Source of the DNA: Octopus bimaculoides
Lineage: Eukaryota
Assembly: GCF_001194135.2 (NCBI RefSeq)
Contig: NC_068985.1
Location: forward strand, 106,601,102 to 106,665,101
Length of the DNA: 64,000 nucleotides
Direction of reading: 5' to 3'
The notes under the pieces were generated by a model. It was not told where the DNA came from. It ran no database searches and saw only the letters and a list, made by a program, of their open reading frames with translations. Position numbers and translations under genes: made by a program. This document shows, one piece after another, positions 12,184 through 25,340 of this stretch (positions within the stretch are counted from its first letter, which is position 1; every line of letters begins with the position of its first letter).

Positions 12184-14519
12184 TCACTAACAACTGAATT
12201 ATGTCAGTTGCTGTCTCAACCAACTAAAACCATTGAATTTTATTGAATTAAGAGATTAGGACACAGGGGAAATACCACTCTTTCAAACTAATTTGCCAAC
12301 AACTTTTAATCTCAGTAGATATAAATAGCCACAAAATAAATCCATAATGTTTGATAAGACCAGGAAAATCATTAACATTCTAATTTTTGTATTACTATTT
12401 TTAAAATTGCCAAATCACATAGACAACACATAGTCAGCTATAACAATGAATACATAACAAATTTCCTAGATCACTGTTAGTATATTATTCTATTTCATTA
12501 CTTGTTCCACTCAGAAGATAGTGGCTATGTTGAGGCACCATCTTGAAGGGTTAGTTAATAAAACTGACTTCAAAACTTATTCTAAGTTTGGTATCTAATC
12601 AAACAATCTCTCTTTGCTGACCAACTATGTTATGGAGGCAAAAACAAACCAAAATTGATTGCCAAGTAGTGAGAGACTAAGATGAACACACATACACACA
12701 CCACACACATATGAAAAGCTTCTACAAAGCTTCCACCTACCAAATTCATTCACAATACATAGGCTGGCCCTGGGTTATAGTAGAAGACATACCCAAGATG
12801 TTGTGCAATATAACTAAACCCAAGACTATGAACTTATGAAGTAATCATCTTAACCACACAATTATGCAATAAGATCCACAGTTGTTGAAGCCTTGGTGAA
12901 CCTAGACAAAAAGTCTTATGATCAAAATAATTCTAAATGGTTATCTAGTTCAGTAAATCATAACTGACCTCCACTTTTCATTTGTACATTGACCCTGGCT
13001 GTGAACAAGGAGGTAGCCAAAGTGTTAAAGTAATTTTGGATTATATCGAAAAGTTTTCAAATGAAACATAAACAGTTGATAAAAGCTTGTAGCTACAATA
13101 AAGCCACAAAATCACCTTTTAGTAATATGATTATATACAGTTTCATTAACAGTTCGAGGATTTTATATCATTATCCCTGCAAAAACTGAATCTAGTGTTT
13201 GATATTCTGAACACACACACACACACACACCACTGATAGGTCGTTAATTAACTTAGTCAATATTTAAATGAAATCTTACATATAAACCATGTTTGTGTGT
13301 ATATAAAGAGAAGGGAAATTGTTGTGAATAATGTCTAAAATTCCATAAGAATTTCAAAGAAATCCAATTTTATCATTGCTTTATCACATTTGAGACACAT
13401 ATCACCTCTGAGACACATTTGACAGGCAGAAAACGATCATAATAACATTTAAATACCTATGTTCTAAACAGGATGCACTCCATTTCCACATGCTACTAAA
13501 CTGGCAAACATACATGTTTTAGTGACAATTATTAAAACAAATATTCTTCTGACTTCCTACATGGGATTCGTGCATGAATGATAAAAGATTGTTTGTAGAG
13601 AATACCAAAAAAGCAAAAGAAAAAAAAATCCCTCTGAAGTGTGAATTCTTGCGTTGATATAGTGAGAAAGATCAACAAACGAGGAGTGAGATAAGCAAGA
13701 TAGTAAGATATGGAAACTATAAATGAAACAAAGTCTTCAAGGGTTTTGGAGATATACTTGTCTACCAAGTAATTTGATCTGAGACCATGTGATGAAACTA
13801 AAGCAATTACATCATGGAAGAAACATGTTACATGTTAGTCATAAAAAAAAAATGTCAAAATTTTTGTTGCAGTGGATACAATGAAAACTTTAACACTAAA
13901 TATTAAATGTTTTAGTGACATTAACAGTTTTTGTGTGTTTTCAAGTGGCTAATATGTGCCTTCCATGCTGTAATTGTCACCAAGTATTATTGATCAGATA
14001 CAATTATATACTCAGTGTTGAGTACAGGTCATGAATGTGTATAATGGAATGAATGAAACCTAATATATTTGTGAGTATTTTATTTATTGTGGGTGAGTAT
14101 ATGGCAAAGGTGACTCAGGTGGTATTTGAACTCAGTCCATAAAGGGATGTAACTAAATAATGCTGCAAGAGTGAATCAGAGAATTGGGTTTGGCTAAAAC
14201 AGTACCTTATGGCTGAAGATTGAAACTGGGATGAAGTGAAGTGATGAGAAACGACAACAATAATGATGATAAAGTAACAGGAACAAAAAAAAGTAGGATA
14301 GAATAACTTCAAAATTTAAGAATAAAAATGAAAATAAAAAACAAACTAATATACTATTTTTAAAAATAATTTGAAGAAAATATCAAAGTTGAATGTTGTT
14401 ACTCACAGAATAATATAAGGTTAAAGTTTTGAAGAATTCAAAGTTATTTAGTAAACAATTAAAACACAAATGAAGACAATAGGAAATTAAACACACAAAA
14501 ATAAGAAAAATAAGCAATA

Positions 14520-14670
<151 letters not shown>

Positions 14671-15784
14671 ATGCATATAAATGTGTGCATACAATATGTA
14701 TATATGTATGTGTATGCATTATGTTATGTATAAATATGAAGTTTACTCCACAACTACACAGTTTCACAACTTCAGATTCATTCCAACTGTGCAGAACCTT
14801 TGGCAAGTGTCAAACCAACCAAAGTTCTGTAATTGCATTTAACAGATGGAAACTGAAAGAAGTCCACCTTGTGCATGAATACGCATTTGTGTACCTTTGT
14901 CTTATATAAACACACACACAATATATATATATACATATATACATACACACACATACACATATGTATAATGTTTGTTGTTTTTGAAGGTTATAATTTATTT
15001 ACTGTGTATTGATAATATATGTATTTGTATAGAAAATTCTGAAGACTAAAATTTAAAACTAAAGTACCAATTTCCATAACTGAACCACAGAAAATAGAAT
15101 GGAAAAAAGTTTAACGTAAAAAATAGAAATATTTATAAATATAGAAGCATAATTGCATCAAAGCAGAAAAAAAATCAAATACCAAAAGCTATGGACTGGC
15201 TCCATAGGTAAGGAAACAGAAGCTAAAGCAGAAAAAAGCAAATAGATAGATGAGAAATATTGGGGATGGAAAACAAAAGGAGAACTATATATATTCTTCA
15301 CTGAGTAAAGAAGAAAAAGGGAAAAAAATCTTCAGTGAAAGTTAAAAATTAGGAGGGAGCAGCACCTACCTGGACACCATCTGGAGAGGAAAAGAATAGA
15401 GGAAGGGATGGGTGGAAGGTCAGCTCTAAAGTGGTACTACTATTGCAGTGGTTTTGGTAAGATAGATTGTTTAAAAAATACCAAAGTGTATCTGATAAGA
15501 TTGAAATAACCAGATAAATAAATAGATAAATAAAAAAGATCTAAGAGGAGCAAATACTAAGAAATGTGAAGGTAGGTATTTTACCAACCAAGAGGAAGAG
15601 AAGGTTTAGAAAATGGAAAAACGTCTGGATAAAAAAAAAAAATAGAAAGAGAGAGAGAGAGGAGAATAGAAAAAATATATAAAGTGTAAGAGAAAAATGT
15701 CCAGGGATTTTGCAGTCAGCAAATATTACGGAATTTGTTTTGAAGAGGAAGGGAAGAATAGGCCAAAGGTGTCTCTCCACATAC

Positions 15785-15886
15785 CTGGCTCTAAGACCCC
15801 TGGTTGAGAAGATTGTTTTTCAGCAGATAATATAGTTTGAGAAGAGCCACCCACTGAACTGTTACCTGAACTTCCACTGGAGGCAG
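15785..15886 (-). CDS. Internal coding exon, 102 nt, phase 1-1: (A)ASSGSSGNSSVGGSSQTILSAEKQSSQPGVLEP
   Basis: Acceptor cattttattgtcattactgtgtAG and donor CAG|gtatgt. Open frame with elevated GC. Confidence 0.85.
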
Positions 15887-16380
15887 CTACACAGTAATGA
15901 CAATAAAATGGTGAAACACTCACATGGAATATGTACAAAAGTATACAGTTTAGTAAAACATAAGCTAGAATTCAAATTTATGCTTTGTGATTTTTGACTC
16001 CATGTCTATCTGAAGACAAACACCTCATCACAATACAACAAAATAACCTGTAAAGTATGATCCAATTATTTACTCTCCTTGTAATATACTTTTATTATAT
16101 TATACTAACAATGGCAATAGAAGTTTTAGTAGTGATAATAATAATTTCTAACATATGCACAAGGCTTTAAATTTTATGTGGGCCACAGATTAGTCAATTA
16201 AATCAACTCCAGTACTTGATTGGTATTTTATTTTATTGGGCCCAGAAAGATAAAAGGCAGAGCAGAGCTCAGTGGGATTTAATAATTTTTAACTTTGGCA
16301 CAAAACCTCACATTCATAAGGTAAAAGTATAATTAGATATCAGCACATAACTGCTACTATTATTATTTTTACTATTATAT

Positions 16381-16595
16381 AAGGCAGTGAGCTGGCAGAA
16401 TGGTTAGCATACTGGACGAAATACTTAGTGGCATTTCACCTGTCGCTGCATTCTGAGTTCAAATTCTGCTGAGGTCGACTTTGCCTTTCATCCTTTCTGG
16501 GTTGATAAATTAAGTACCAGTTGAATATTGGGAGACGATGTAATCGACACATCCCTTCTCCCAAAATGGCTGCCCTTGTGGCAAAATTTAAAACC
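16381..16595 (+). mobile_element. tRNA-derived SINE, family A
   Basis: Head aaggcagtgagctggcagaatggttagc (A-box-like) and ttctgagttcaaattc (B-box-like); ends in (ATT)n. Homologous to the copies at 24483, 24710 and 61166. Confidence 0.9.
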
Positions 16596-16641
16596 ATTAT
16601 TATTACTATTATAATAATTACTATTATAATTATTACTATTA

Positions 16642-16678
<37 letters not shown>

Positions 16679-16749
16679 CACTATCATTATTATTATTATT
16701 ATTATAATTATCACTATCATTATTATTATTATTATTATAATTATCACTA

Positions 16750-16790
<41 letters not shown>
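16596..16790 (+). repeat. Long imperfect (ATT)n microsatellite, expanded SINE tail
   Basis: Directly visible; explains the poly-I and poly-N ORFs. Confidence 0.95.
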
Positions 16791-17136
16791 TGAACTGAGT
16801 GCATAAAGACACATAACTAAATCTTTTGTCAAAGTTAGTCTGTCCGGCATTATGATTTCTATTGCTACACTGCACTAACAATAACAACAATGATAATAGT
16901 ATTTTTTAAATTATTAAGTGAATAAAAAGCATTCTATTAAAAATCGTATTATTACAAAAATGAGAAAACAAAATTAAAAACGCAATTTTCACATAAACAA
17001 AATAACGAAATTCCATTTAAATTTCCAAACAATACAGTCTTACAAAATGAATCTCAAACGTTTAAAGCGAAAGAAGCTGCAATGTTTTTTGTATTATGAG
17101 TCTGCCAAGAGCACTAGCAACACTGTAAGTAAGGTT

Positions 17137-17970
17137 AGTGTTGATACATTATGAGTAATTAAAATAAGAAAAAAAATTATTGAATTAAAATACTTAAAAA
17201 AGATTTTTAAAAATGAGGAAATGTATCTTAGAGCTTTTTAGAGAAGTTTAGTAAAATATAAAGTTAAGTGAGGGTGTACATTTAGTTTATTTGAAATAAT
17301 CAACATTTCTTATGCTTAATGATTGTTGGGACAAAAATCTGCGTCTCTCCTTCAAAGTCAAAACTGAATTTAAGATTGCGCTGAACCTGCAGGCCTGTAA
17401 TCAAAGATGCTCCAGTTATGACCATCTTGTCTTTTATCAGACATATTGTATCTAAGAGTATATCATATAACACATCCTTCACTTTTTAAGATGAAAAGGT
17501 GGGATTTGAAGGATATTTGACATGGTTTTAGTTGGTTGAATGACCACTCATTATAGCTTCTGCTGCAAGCGTGCTAATTTTAATTGTGACTTAAAATTAT
17601 TTCAGAAAATTCAAGTTGCTGTGACCATATTATTGTAGTATGGACAACCCATCACACCATTTTGATAAACTAATAGCCATGTGGCATTGACATTTCAGAA
17701 ATTACAGAAAAGTGGGCGGTGGCATATAAACAGTGTTGATACATTATGAGTAATTAAAATAAGAAAAAAAATTATTGAATTAAAATACTTAAAAAAGATT
17801 TTTAAAAATGAGGAAATGTATCTTAGAGCTTTTTAGAGAAGTTTAGTAAAATATAAAGTTAAGTGAGGGTGTACATTTAGTTTATTTGAAATAATCAACA
17901 TTTCTTATGCTTAATGATTGTTGGGACAAAAATCTGCGTCTCTCCTTCAAAGTCAAAACTGAATTTAAGA
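17137..17970 (+). repeat. Apparently identical 239-bp direct repeat (17137-17375 and 17732-17970)
   Basis: Compared base by base by eye with no mismatch found; 356-bp spacer. Confidence 0.9.
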
Positions 17971-20900
17971 ACCAGATACATTCAACAGATATTATGAGGA
18001 ATATAGCACGAGCAAATTCAAAGGCAGAGTCTTCAGCATTATAACAAGGCTAAAACAATGGTTTCAAATTTTGGCATGAGGACAGCAATTTTTAGTGGGA
18101 GGTGTTAGTAGATTACTTTGACTCCTGTGTTCAACTAATACTTATTTAATGGACCATTAAAAATATGAAAGGAAATGCTGCTTAGAATTTTATCTGATGC
18201 ACTAACAATTTTGCCAGTGATGATTTCTTACATAGACCCATGGTTACAAATTTGTGGAAGGGAGAATATAACCAAATAAATTAGCTTCACTCCAAGACTC
18301 ATACTTGGGTTTGCAAGACATTCAGTTGGACATTATCATTTTCCTTTTTGCAATAATGGTAATTTCTTGACTAAAAATTTGGGGAAGTTTATAGTTAATC
18401 ATATTGATCCAAGTACTTGACTGGTAACTATTTTATCAACCTTAGAAAGATGAAGGGCAAAGTCAACAATTTTTGCAGTCCTTATTTTAGAGCTAAGTAG
18501 GTTGTTGAGAGAAGTATATAGCTGTTACATGAACAGTTATGCAGAGATTCCTTATTAGTTATGTGATATAAGTAAAGATATCACCCAAAGATAGCAAGTC
18601 TATTGAGACATGAGAAAAAAAAAGCATTAAGATTATTAGATTATATAGATGCAAGCATAAAAGATTTTGATGGAACTCTTTGATATAATGTTGACAAAAA
18701 TTGGTTGTTTTTATATAAGCTTTTTTTCCATGGTAGCATGGATTAGATGAATACATATTGCTAAAGCATTGTTTTACAGTTGGATAATTTTTCAGCAGCT
18801 AACTCTTACCTGTTTTTTTTTTTTATTCTGTACATTTTCAAAAGCACAAAGCACAGAGAAATGACAACAGAAAACACAACAGTAGCTCATGTAATTTCAG
18901 AATGTTATCTTTCTTACAGACACACTCACAAATATGCAGCCCAAACAAAATTTTACATAGATGGCAAGGGGTCCTTGAGATGCTACACTGTTTCATCTCA
19001 TTATCAAAGCTAGTTAGAGAAGCAATACTGAGATGTTGAATTTCATGTAATAAATTAGTAACTGTAACCTTAATTGTCAAACTGTCAGTGTTGTCAGTCT
19101 TCTGATAGTTGGTAAGACTAAAATTTGGTCGTTTAAGGTAGCCACAGTAATAAAGTCATGGTAACAGAGGTAACAGAGTTACCAAACCAAATGGTGAGGT
19201 GTCAAAAGACAAAGTTTGCCAACTCAAGTTTCAACAAGACTGGTTTTATAGAGATTTGTAAGAGAAATATCTGAAGATGAGTGTGTGTTAGAGGTAGATC
19301 AGGTAATTTACAAAAAAAAAAAAAAAAAAAAAAAAGAAGTTATGGTTAATAATGAAATAAACAGTAAATGTATTGTGGATAAGAAAGAAAGAATGGAGAC
19401 AAAGGCATCCACCTCTATCCCAGAAAGTAACAGAGAGATGGAAAATGAGAATAAAAGGAGAATATGAACATGTTAAGGAAAAATAATTTCACAAATGTCT
19501 TAAAACTGCCATAACTTGAAACTGAACTCTTATAATTCATCTTGAACTCCAGTGAATGTATGAGAATGTTCTTATCTATAGTCTACTAAACATAACTAAC
19601 AAACCTGAGATATGTTAATTAAGCTATGTTAATAACATTAATCAATAGTATAAAATAAGACATAGTAATATGATGATGATGATGTTTAACTGTCATAAAC
19701 CTTTGCTCCCACAATTAAATACCCATTGGTCATCACCGATAGGTAGGAAGAGTGAAGGACAAGTTTGGACCTCTGATAACAACCAATACTGTGAAAGAGG
19801 ACTGAATCGAAAAAAAAAAAAAAAAACTTATTTCAGATGGCTGCTTTTCTCAGATTCAAAATCCAATCTTCAGCAGATATACACTGGGTAATAAAACTAT
19901 CATAAAAAAAATAAACCTACAATGTTGCTGCCATCAGTATCTGAAGAAACTCGTGATGCTATTGATAAAATAATAGTCAATAAAGTCTGTTAATTACAAG
20001 TTAATAAAGTTCTAACATTGCAGATAAGGCTTTTTTCTGAAATGTCAAAACTTAACTTTTCTCACAGGAAACACCTTTTATTTTACAAATTTAATACTCT
20101 GGTTATATGCTGAGATCCAATTTGTCTTTTCCCTATTGAGACATACCCCACCCCCAATGACTATAATTTGCTGACAATCTAAATATTATAAATATTACAG
20201 GTGCATTTCAGCAGAGACAACCAAATTGAAGATCATCTTTCCCAGGAGTGCTGTGCAGCTCAAGTTTTTGTATTATTGACGTATATGATCATTTGTTTGT
20301 GCTTCAATATAATCATGCTATTATTCAAAGGATTTATTATTTTATTTCATGTACTATGATACATAATACTATCATATGTTCTCTCTTAATAATTTAGTCA
20401 AAGGATGAGTAGATGTAACAATGACTTTGATCTGATTGATGTCTTTGATGTTCCCGTTGAACATCTGTAGATGTCTCTGAAAAATTATTGGCAGGGAACA
20501 AATTCTTGAGGACTGAAGCTTTATGATGAATGATTGGGAAGTGTTTAAGGTGGAGTGAGTTTTGGGTGTGAGATATGGATAATGAATGGAGAGAGTGAAG
20601 TGCATTTGGTGGGTATGCATGAAGTCCAGAAAAGCAGAGATGGTATGTGAAACAAAGACATAGCATGTCTGAATACCAGAGGCATGGGTAAGTGAATCTT
20701 TGCTAATCAGTTGAATGACCTCTTGGATACAGCCTAAGATATTACAATGTGCAAAGGCAGGGCTATCTTATATTGATGAATAGTATTCCAATATAGGTTA
20801 CACTTGGACTTCACAGAGGGTTAGCAACTTATCAGTGCATAAGCATTTTTGAGTTCTAGAGAAGTCTAGCCTTCGAGGAGCAGTTTTACTTGTTATGTAA

Positions 20901-21652
20901 GGTCTAGCAATTACAACAAGTTTGAAGGTTTTAATCGTGTGTTGTTTATAACAATATACACTAACTGATACCCTATATAATGAGATGCTCATCATTAGGC
21001 TAATATTTCAACATCATGTTGATAACAGATGGCATATCCTCTCTATGCCATCTTAATACAGCAGTATAACTGATTATGTAACATAGCAGAACATGAATAT
21101 TTTATGCAATTAATTCTTACATAGAATTAAATCAATTCTATATTAATATATAGCTGTCCTTGCTCTGCAGGCCTGGACCTGAAATTCAATTATAAAAGCA
21201 TTAGTGTAATCCTATTTCACTGTCTGAAAATCTAAAATGCTGTTCTTTCTTTTTTGAAGATGAAGATGTAACTACTACAGAAGCAAACAAAATATAAATA
21301 TACCTATATTTATGTACATGGTCATAATTTGAACTGAAAGGATTGTGAGAAGAAAAAGAATATTCACACTTGGTTAATGTCCTCCACACTTTCTCATTTT
21401 TTATTCTCCCACATTGTCTTTTTCTTTCACTTTCTCCCTGATTCTCTGTGACCCAGCCTTACTCACTCTCTGAAGCAAGAGGAGGGCAAGATAAAGAGAG
21501 AAAAGAGTGGGACATATAGCCTCTTTATTAATAATAATGAGAAGGAAAATGTCAAATATGTATGATCAAGCAAAACAGCCAATATAGACACTACTGTCTC
21601 TCAGTCTTTATAGGTAATCAAATAATTTATTTAGAAGGAATATCTGTTGATA

Positions 21653-21698
<46 letters not shown>

Positions 21699-22268
21699 TG
21701 TGGGGGCAAATACAATTTGTTGGCCTCACTCACTCTTTTCTCAGGCTTTCTTGGTAAGAGTCCTTTCAAGCCAGAATAATTCGTACATCAGGACTGTGTG
21801 CCTTTTGTAGTTTGGTGTTCATTAGGCTATGGGGTGTCTTGTATGCTTAACACAGACTACTCTGCCAACACAAACTTTTCAATTTCTATGTGAGTACTTA
21901 TTACTTCAGGGATATCAGTGAAAAATTTATCACCAAGAAGTATCTCTTCTCATACATAATCTTGCTGCTTAACCATTCACAATATATCCATCTCTGTATA
22001 TATAACATTACAGTCGTATGTGTTCAATTTATTTCATTAGAAATATGTTTCTAGCTTGTTGTTTTTAGGTTTTAACCACCTGCTAGAGTGAGTTTTGTCC
22101 ACTAATTGCTTGGATAATTCCAGATGATAAAATTTTCTAACTAACTGTATTACTATATTGTTTTACTGTATTTGTATTTATTATGCAGAATGCTTCCCAA
22201 GGGATTTTAACCTGCCCCAACTATATTGCTGACATTCACAATCAATGTCATGATATTTCCTCTCCCTC

Positions 22269-22315
<47 letters not shown>

Positions 22316-23188
22316 AACCTAGTCTTACCAACTAAATAGAATGTTTATTCTTCAAAGAAGACTGATAAGACCACATCATATCTGTTGCTTTTATCAGTTG
22401 GGTTTATAGACTAGATCCACCCCAATCTGTATTATCTCCATAGTCAAAATATTTCAATCAATTGATCATATTGCAGTTGCTGCTTTTGCTTGTTTTTAGA
22501 TTTAAAACACTCCCAGAAGGAGACCATATCAGCTAACAACTTAGATAATCTCAGTTCATTAAAGTATTTCAACTCATATTACATATGCGAGACCCTTTAG
22601 TGTTTGTACTCACTAAATAGAATGTTCTCCTTAGGTATTTTCCTCAGCCATATAGGCTTTTATTCTATAACTTGTCTCAATCATTGAACTGTGACCATGC
22701 TGGGCACTGCCCTGAGGGGTTTAGTTGATCAAATTGACCCCAAAGTTTTTCTTTTTCAAATTAGGTACTTGTTCTCTTGGCCTCTCCTACCTAACTGCTA
22801 AGTTATGGGGATATAAGCAAACATCTGTTGTCAAGTGATAGGGGACCAAATGCAAAGGTGCACACACTGCAGGCTTTCACACAGTTCCTTTCAATCAAAT
22901 TCAGTCATTGGTTAGTCTGGAGTTATAGTGGAGGGCACTTACGCAAAGCCCAAAACCATGTGGTTGTGAAGCAAACGTGTTTATGCAAACATGCCAATGC
23001 GTATATGCATTATAAATATCAATATATATCTGCAGCACTGCAGAAACTGAGTGCTCTCTCCTTGCTGACATTCTATCTGCACCAGCTGGTACAGATCTAA
23101 AACAAACATTAACTGTACCAATCTCACAGAAAATGGTTACTGTCTTTTCTAGGACCAAAATATATTTTTTTAAAAACATATGAATGTG

Positions 23189-23243
<55 letters not shown>

Positions 23244-23669
23244 AAGCATGTCTACACACACACACACACACACACATAAATGCAAGGTAAAAACATTTTA
23301 AATTGAAGCCTATGTGATCTGAAGCATGCATAATTATAATTGAAATAGAGGAGAGATTAATGGAAAAGCTAAACAGCAAGATGTGTCAATATATCAATAG
23401 TGGAAGGTATCTTTAACAGCTTAACTCACACAAGATTATAAAACATAAGCTACAAACACAACTTAGAGAGTAATTATAAACATTTTACATCATTCACTAC
23501 CACCAACAGCACCATCACCATCTAAACAGGTCTTTAACACTGTAATCTGTTCTCTTATGTATGATTATGATATTTGCCAAACCAGTGGCCAACAGAGTAA
23601 GCTTTAATTAACATGAGTTGGCAAACTGTCTGAAATCATTTACCCCATAGGGTTTATCATAAAGAATAT

Positions 23670-25340
23670 TATTATCATTGAACTTGTGGGAGTTTGGCAG
23701 AATTAGTAGTGCAGCAAATTAAATGTCATGTAATATTTACTCATTTCCATGTATGTTCAAATCTCACTGAGGTTGATCTTGGCTTTTAACCATTGAAAAA
23801 AAAAAACGAAGTACTCATCAAGTACTGGAACTGGTAAATGAACTTTTAAAAACAACGTATAACATTGTGTCTATTGTAGAAATGATTAAAATAATTATTG
23901 GTATGAGAGTAGTTGATGGGACAAAATGCCTTGCAATATTTAGTTATGGTCATTTACATCCTGAATTCAAACTCAGTAAAAGTTAATTTTGCATTTCCAT
24001 ACCCTATATTAAATAAAGTGTCAGTCAAGTGCTGGAGTTGATTAACTTAAATGTACTTCTCTCCAAAATTGTGTCTTGTAACTATGTGACAAAATTGGTA
24101 GAGCATCAGAACAAATACCTTGCAGGGTTTATGTTTTGAGTTATAACCATACAAAAGATAAGATATTTACCAGTGAAATGCTGATATTAAAACAACCACA
24201 CTTCCATAAATTTGTGGCTTTTATCACCAAAGTCAGACATCATCCTCATTATAATAAAGTCCATTAGAAGAAACACAATAGATATTTTATGTATTTCATT
24301 TTAATAAATGGTTTAACACATCACCCAAAATTTGTTAAAGTTAGAAATCTTCGTCCTCATAATTTATTATTGATAAAAAAGGCAAGCTAGTAGAATCATT
24401 AGCATACAAGGAAAAGTGCTTAGCAACAGTTTTTCCAGCTCTTTATGTTCTGAATTCAAATCTTACTGAAATTATTATTATTAAGGTGGTGAGCTGGCAG
24501 ATTTGTTAGTTCGCCAGGCGAAATGCTTAGCAGTATTTCGTCCGACTTCACGTTCTGAGTTCAAATTCCACCAAGGTTGACTTTCTGGGTCTATAAATTA
24601 AGTATCAGTGAAAGACTGGGGTCGATGTAATCGACTTGTCTCCTCCTCCAAAATTTCAGGCCTTTTGCATATAGCAGAAAGGATCATTATTATTATTATT
24701 ATTATTATTAAGGCAGTGAGCTGGCAGAATTGTTAGCGCACTGGCCGAAATGCTTAGTGGAATTTTGCCTGTCACTACGTTCTGAGTTCAAATTCTGCCA
24801 AGGTTGACTTTGCCTTTCATCCTTTTGGGGTCAATTAAATAAGTACCAGTTACGCACAGGGGTTGATGTAATCGACTTAATCTCTTCCTCAAAATTTGAG
24901 GCCTTGTGCTTCCAGTAGAAAGGATTATTATTATTATTATTACTGATACTATCAAACTGGATGGTGAATTAGCAGAAATGGTAGAGATTCAGACTAAATA
25001 CATCAACTTAATGCATTTCTTCCAATTCTGAGTTCATATACTACTAAGGTTGCTAGAAGGATAAAAGGCTAAGTACCAGGAATATACTGCAGTTATTCAA
25101 ATTACTGTATCCCTTCTTAGCAAAAATTGGTCTTGAATCTGATTTACCAGTCTCATAATTTTAACATTATTATTGAATTAGTGATTTAGTAGAAAGGTTA
25201 TGGAGTACTGGACAAAATATTTTATGGAATTTCAAAGCTTTTTGTTTACAAATCCCTAAGTTGATTTTGTTTTCCATTCTTCTAGTACTGACCAAATAAT
25301 ACCAGTCCGGTATTCAATCAACTATACTCTTATACTTCAA
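23670..25340 (+). mobile_element. Head-to-tail array of about 8 family A SINE copies of differing divergence
   Basis: Clear copies at 24483-24700 and 24710-24925. Truncated or degenerate copies lie near 23670, 23900, 24090, 24380, 24960 and 25180, several separated by (ATT)n. Confidence 0.75.

Noticed and set aside
16381-16480. SINE heads considered as tRNA genes
   Set aside because: They have A/B-box-like motifs but no complete cloverleaf, and continue into SINE body and tail sequence.
17300-17482. 60-aa minus-strand ORF that looks protein-like
   Set aside because: It is made of family C repeat plus the end of the 239-bp duplication, has no donor and ends in a stop.
18810-18827. 18-nt exon-like motif with a strong CAG|gtaaga donor
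   Set aside because: It is mostly poly-A, and in the gene's phase 1 it reads a stop immediately.
21745-21753. Plus-strand 9-nt microexon-like motif ttttctcAG|GCTTTCTTG|gtaaga
   Set aside because: There is no supporting plus-strand gene. It shows such motifs arise by chance and is a caution for the minus-strand microexon candidates.
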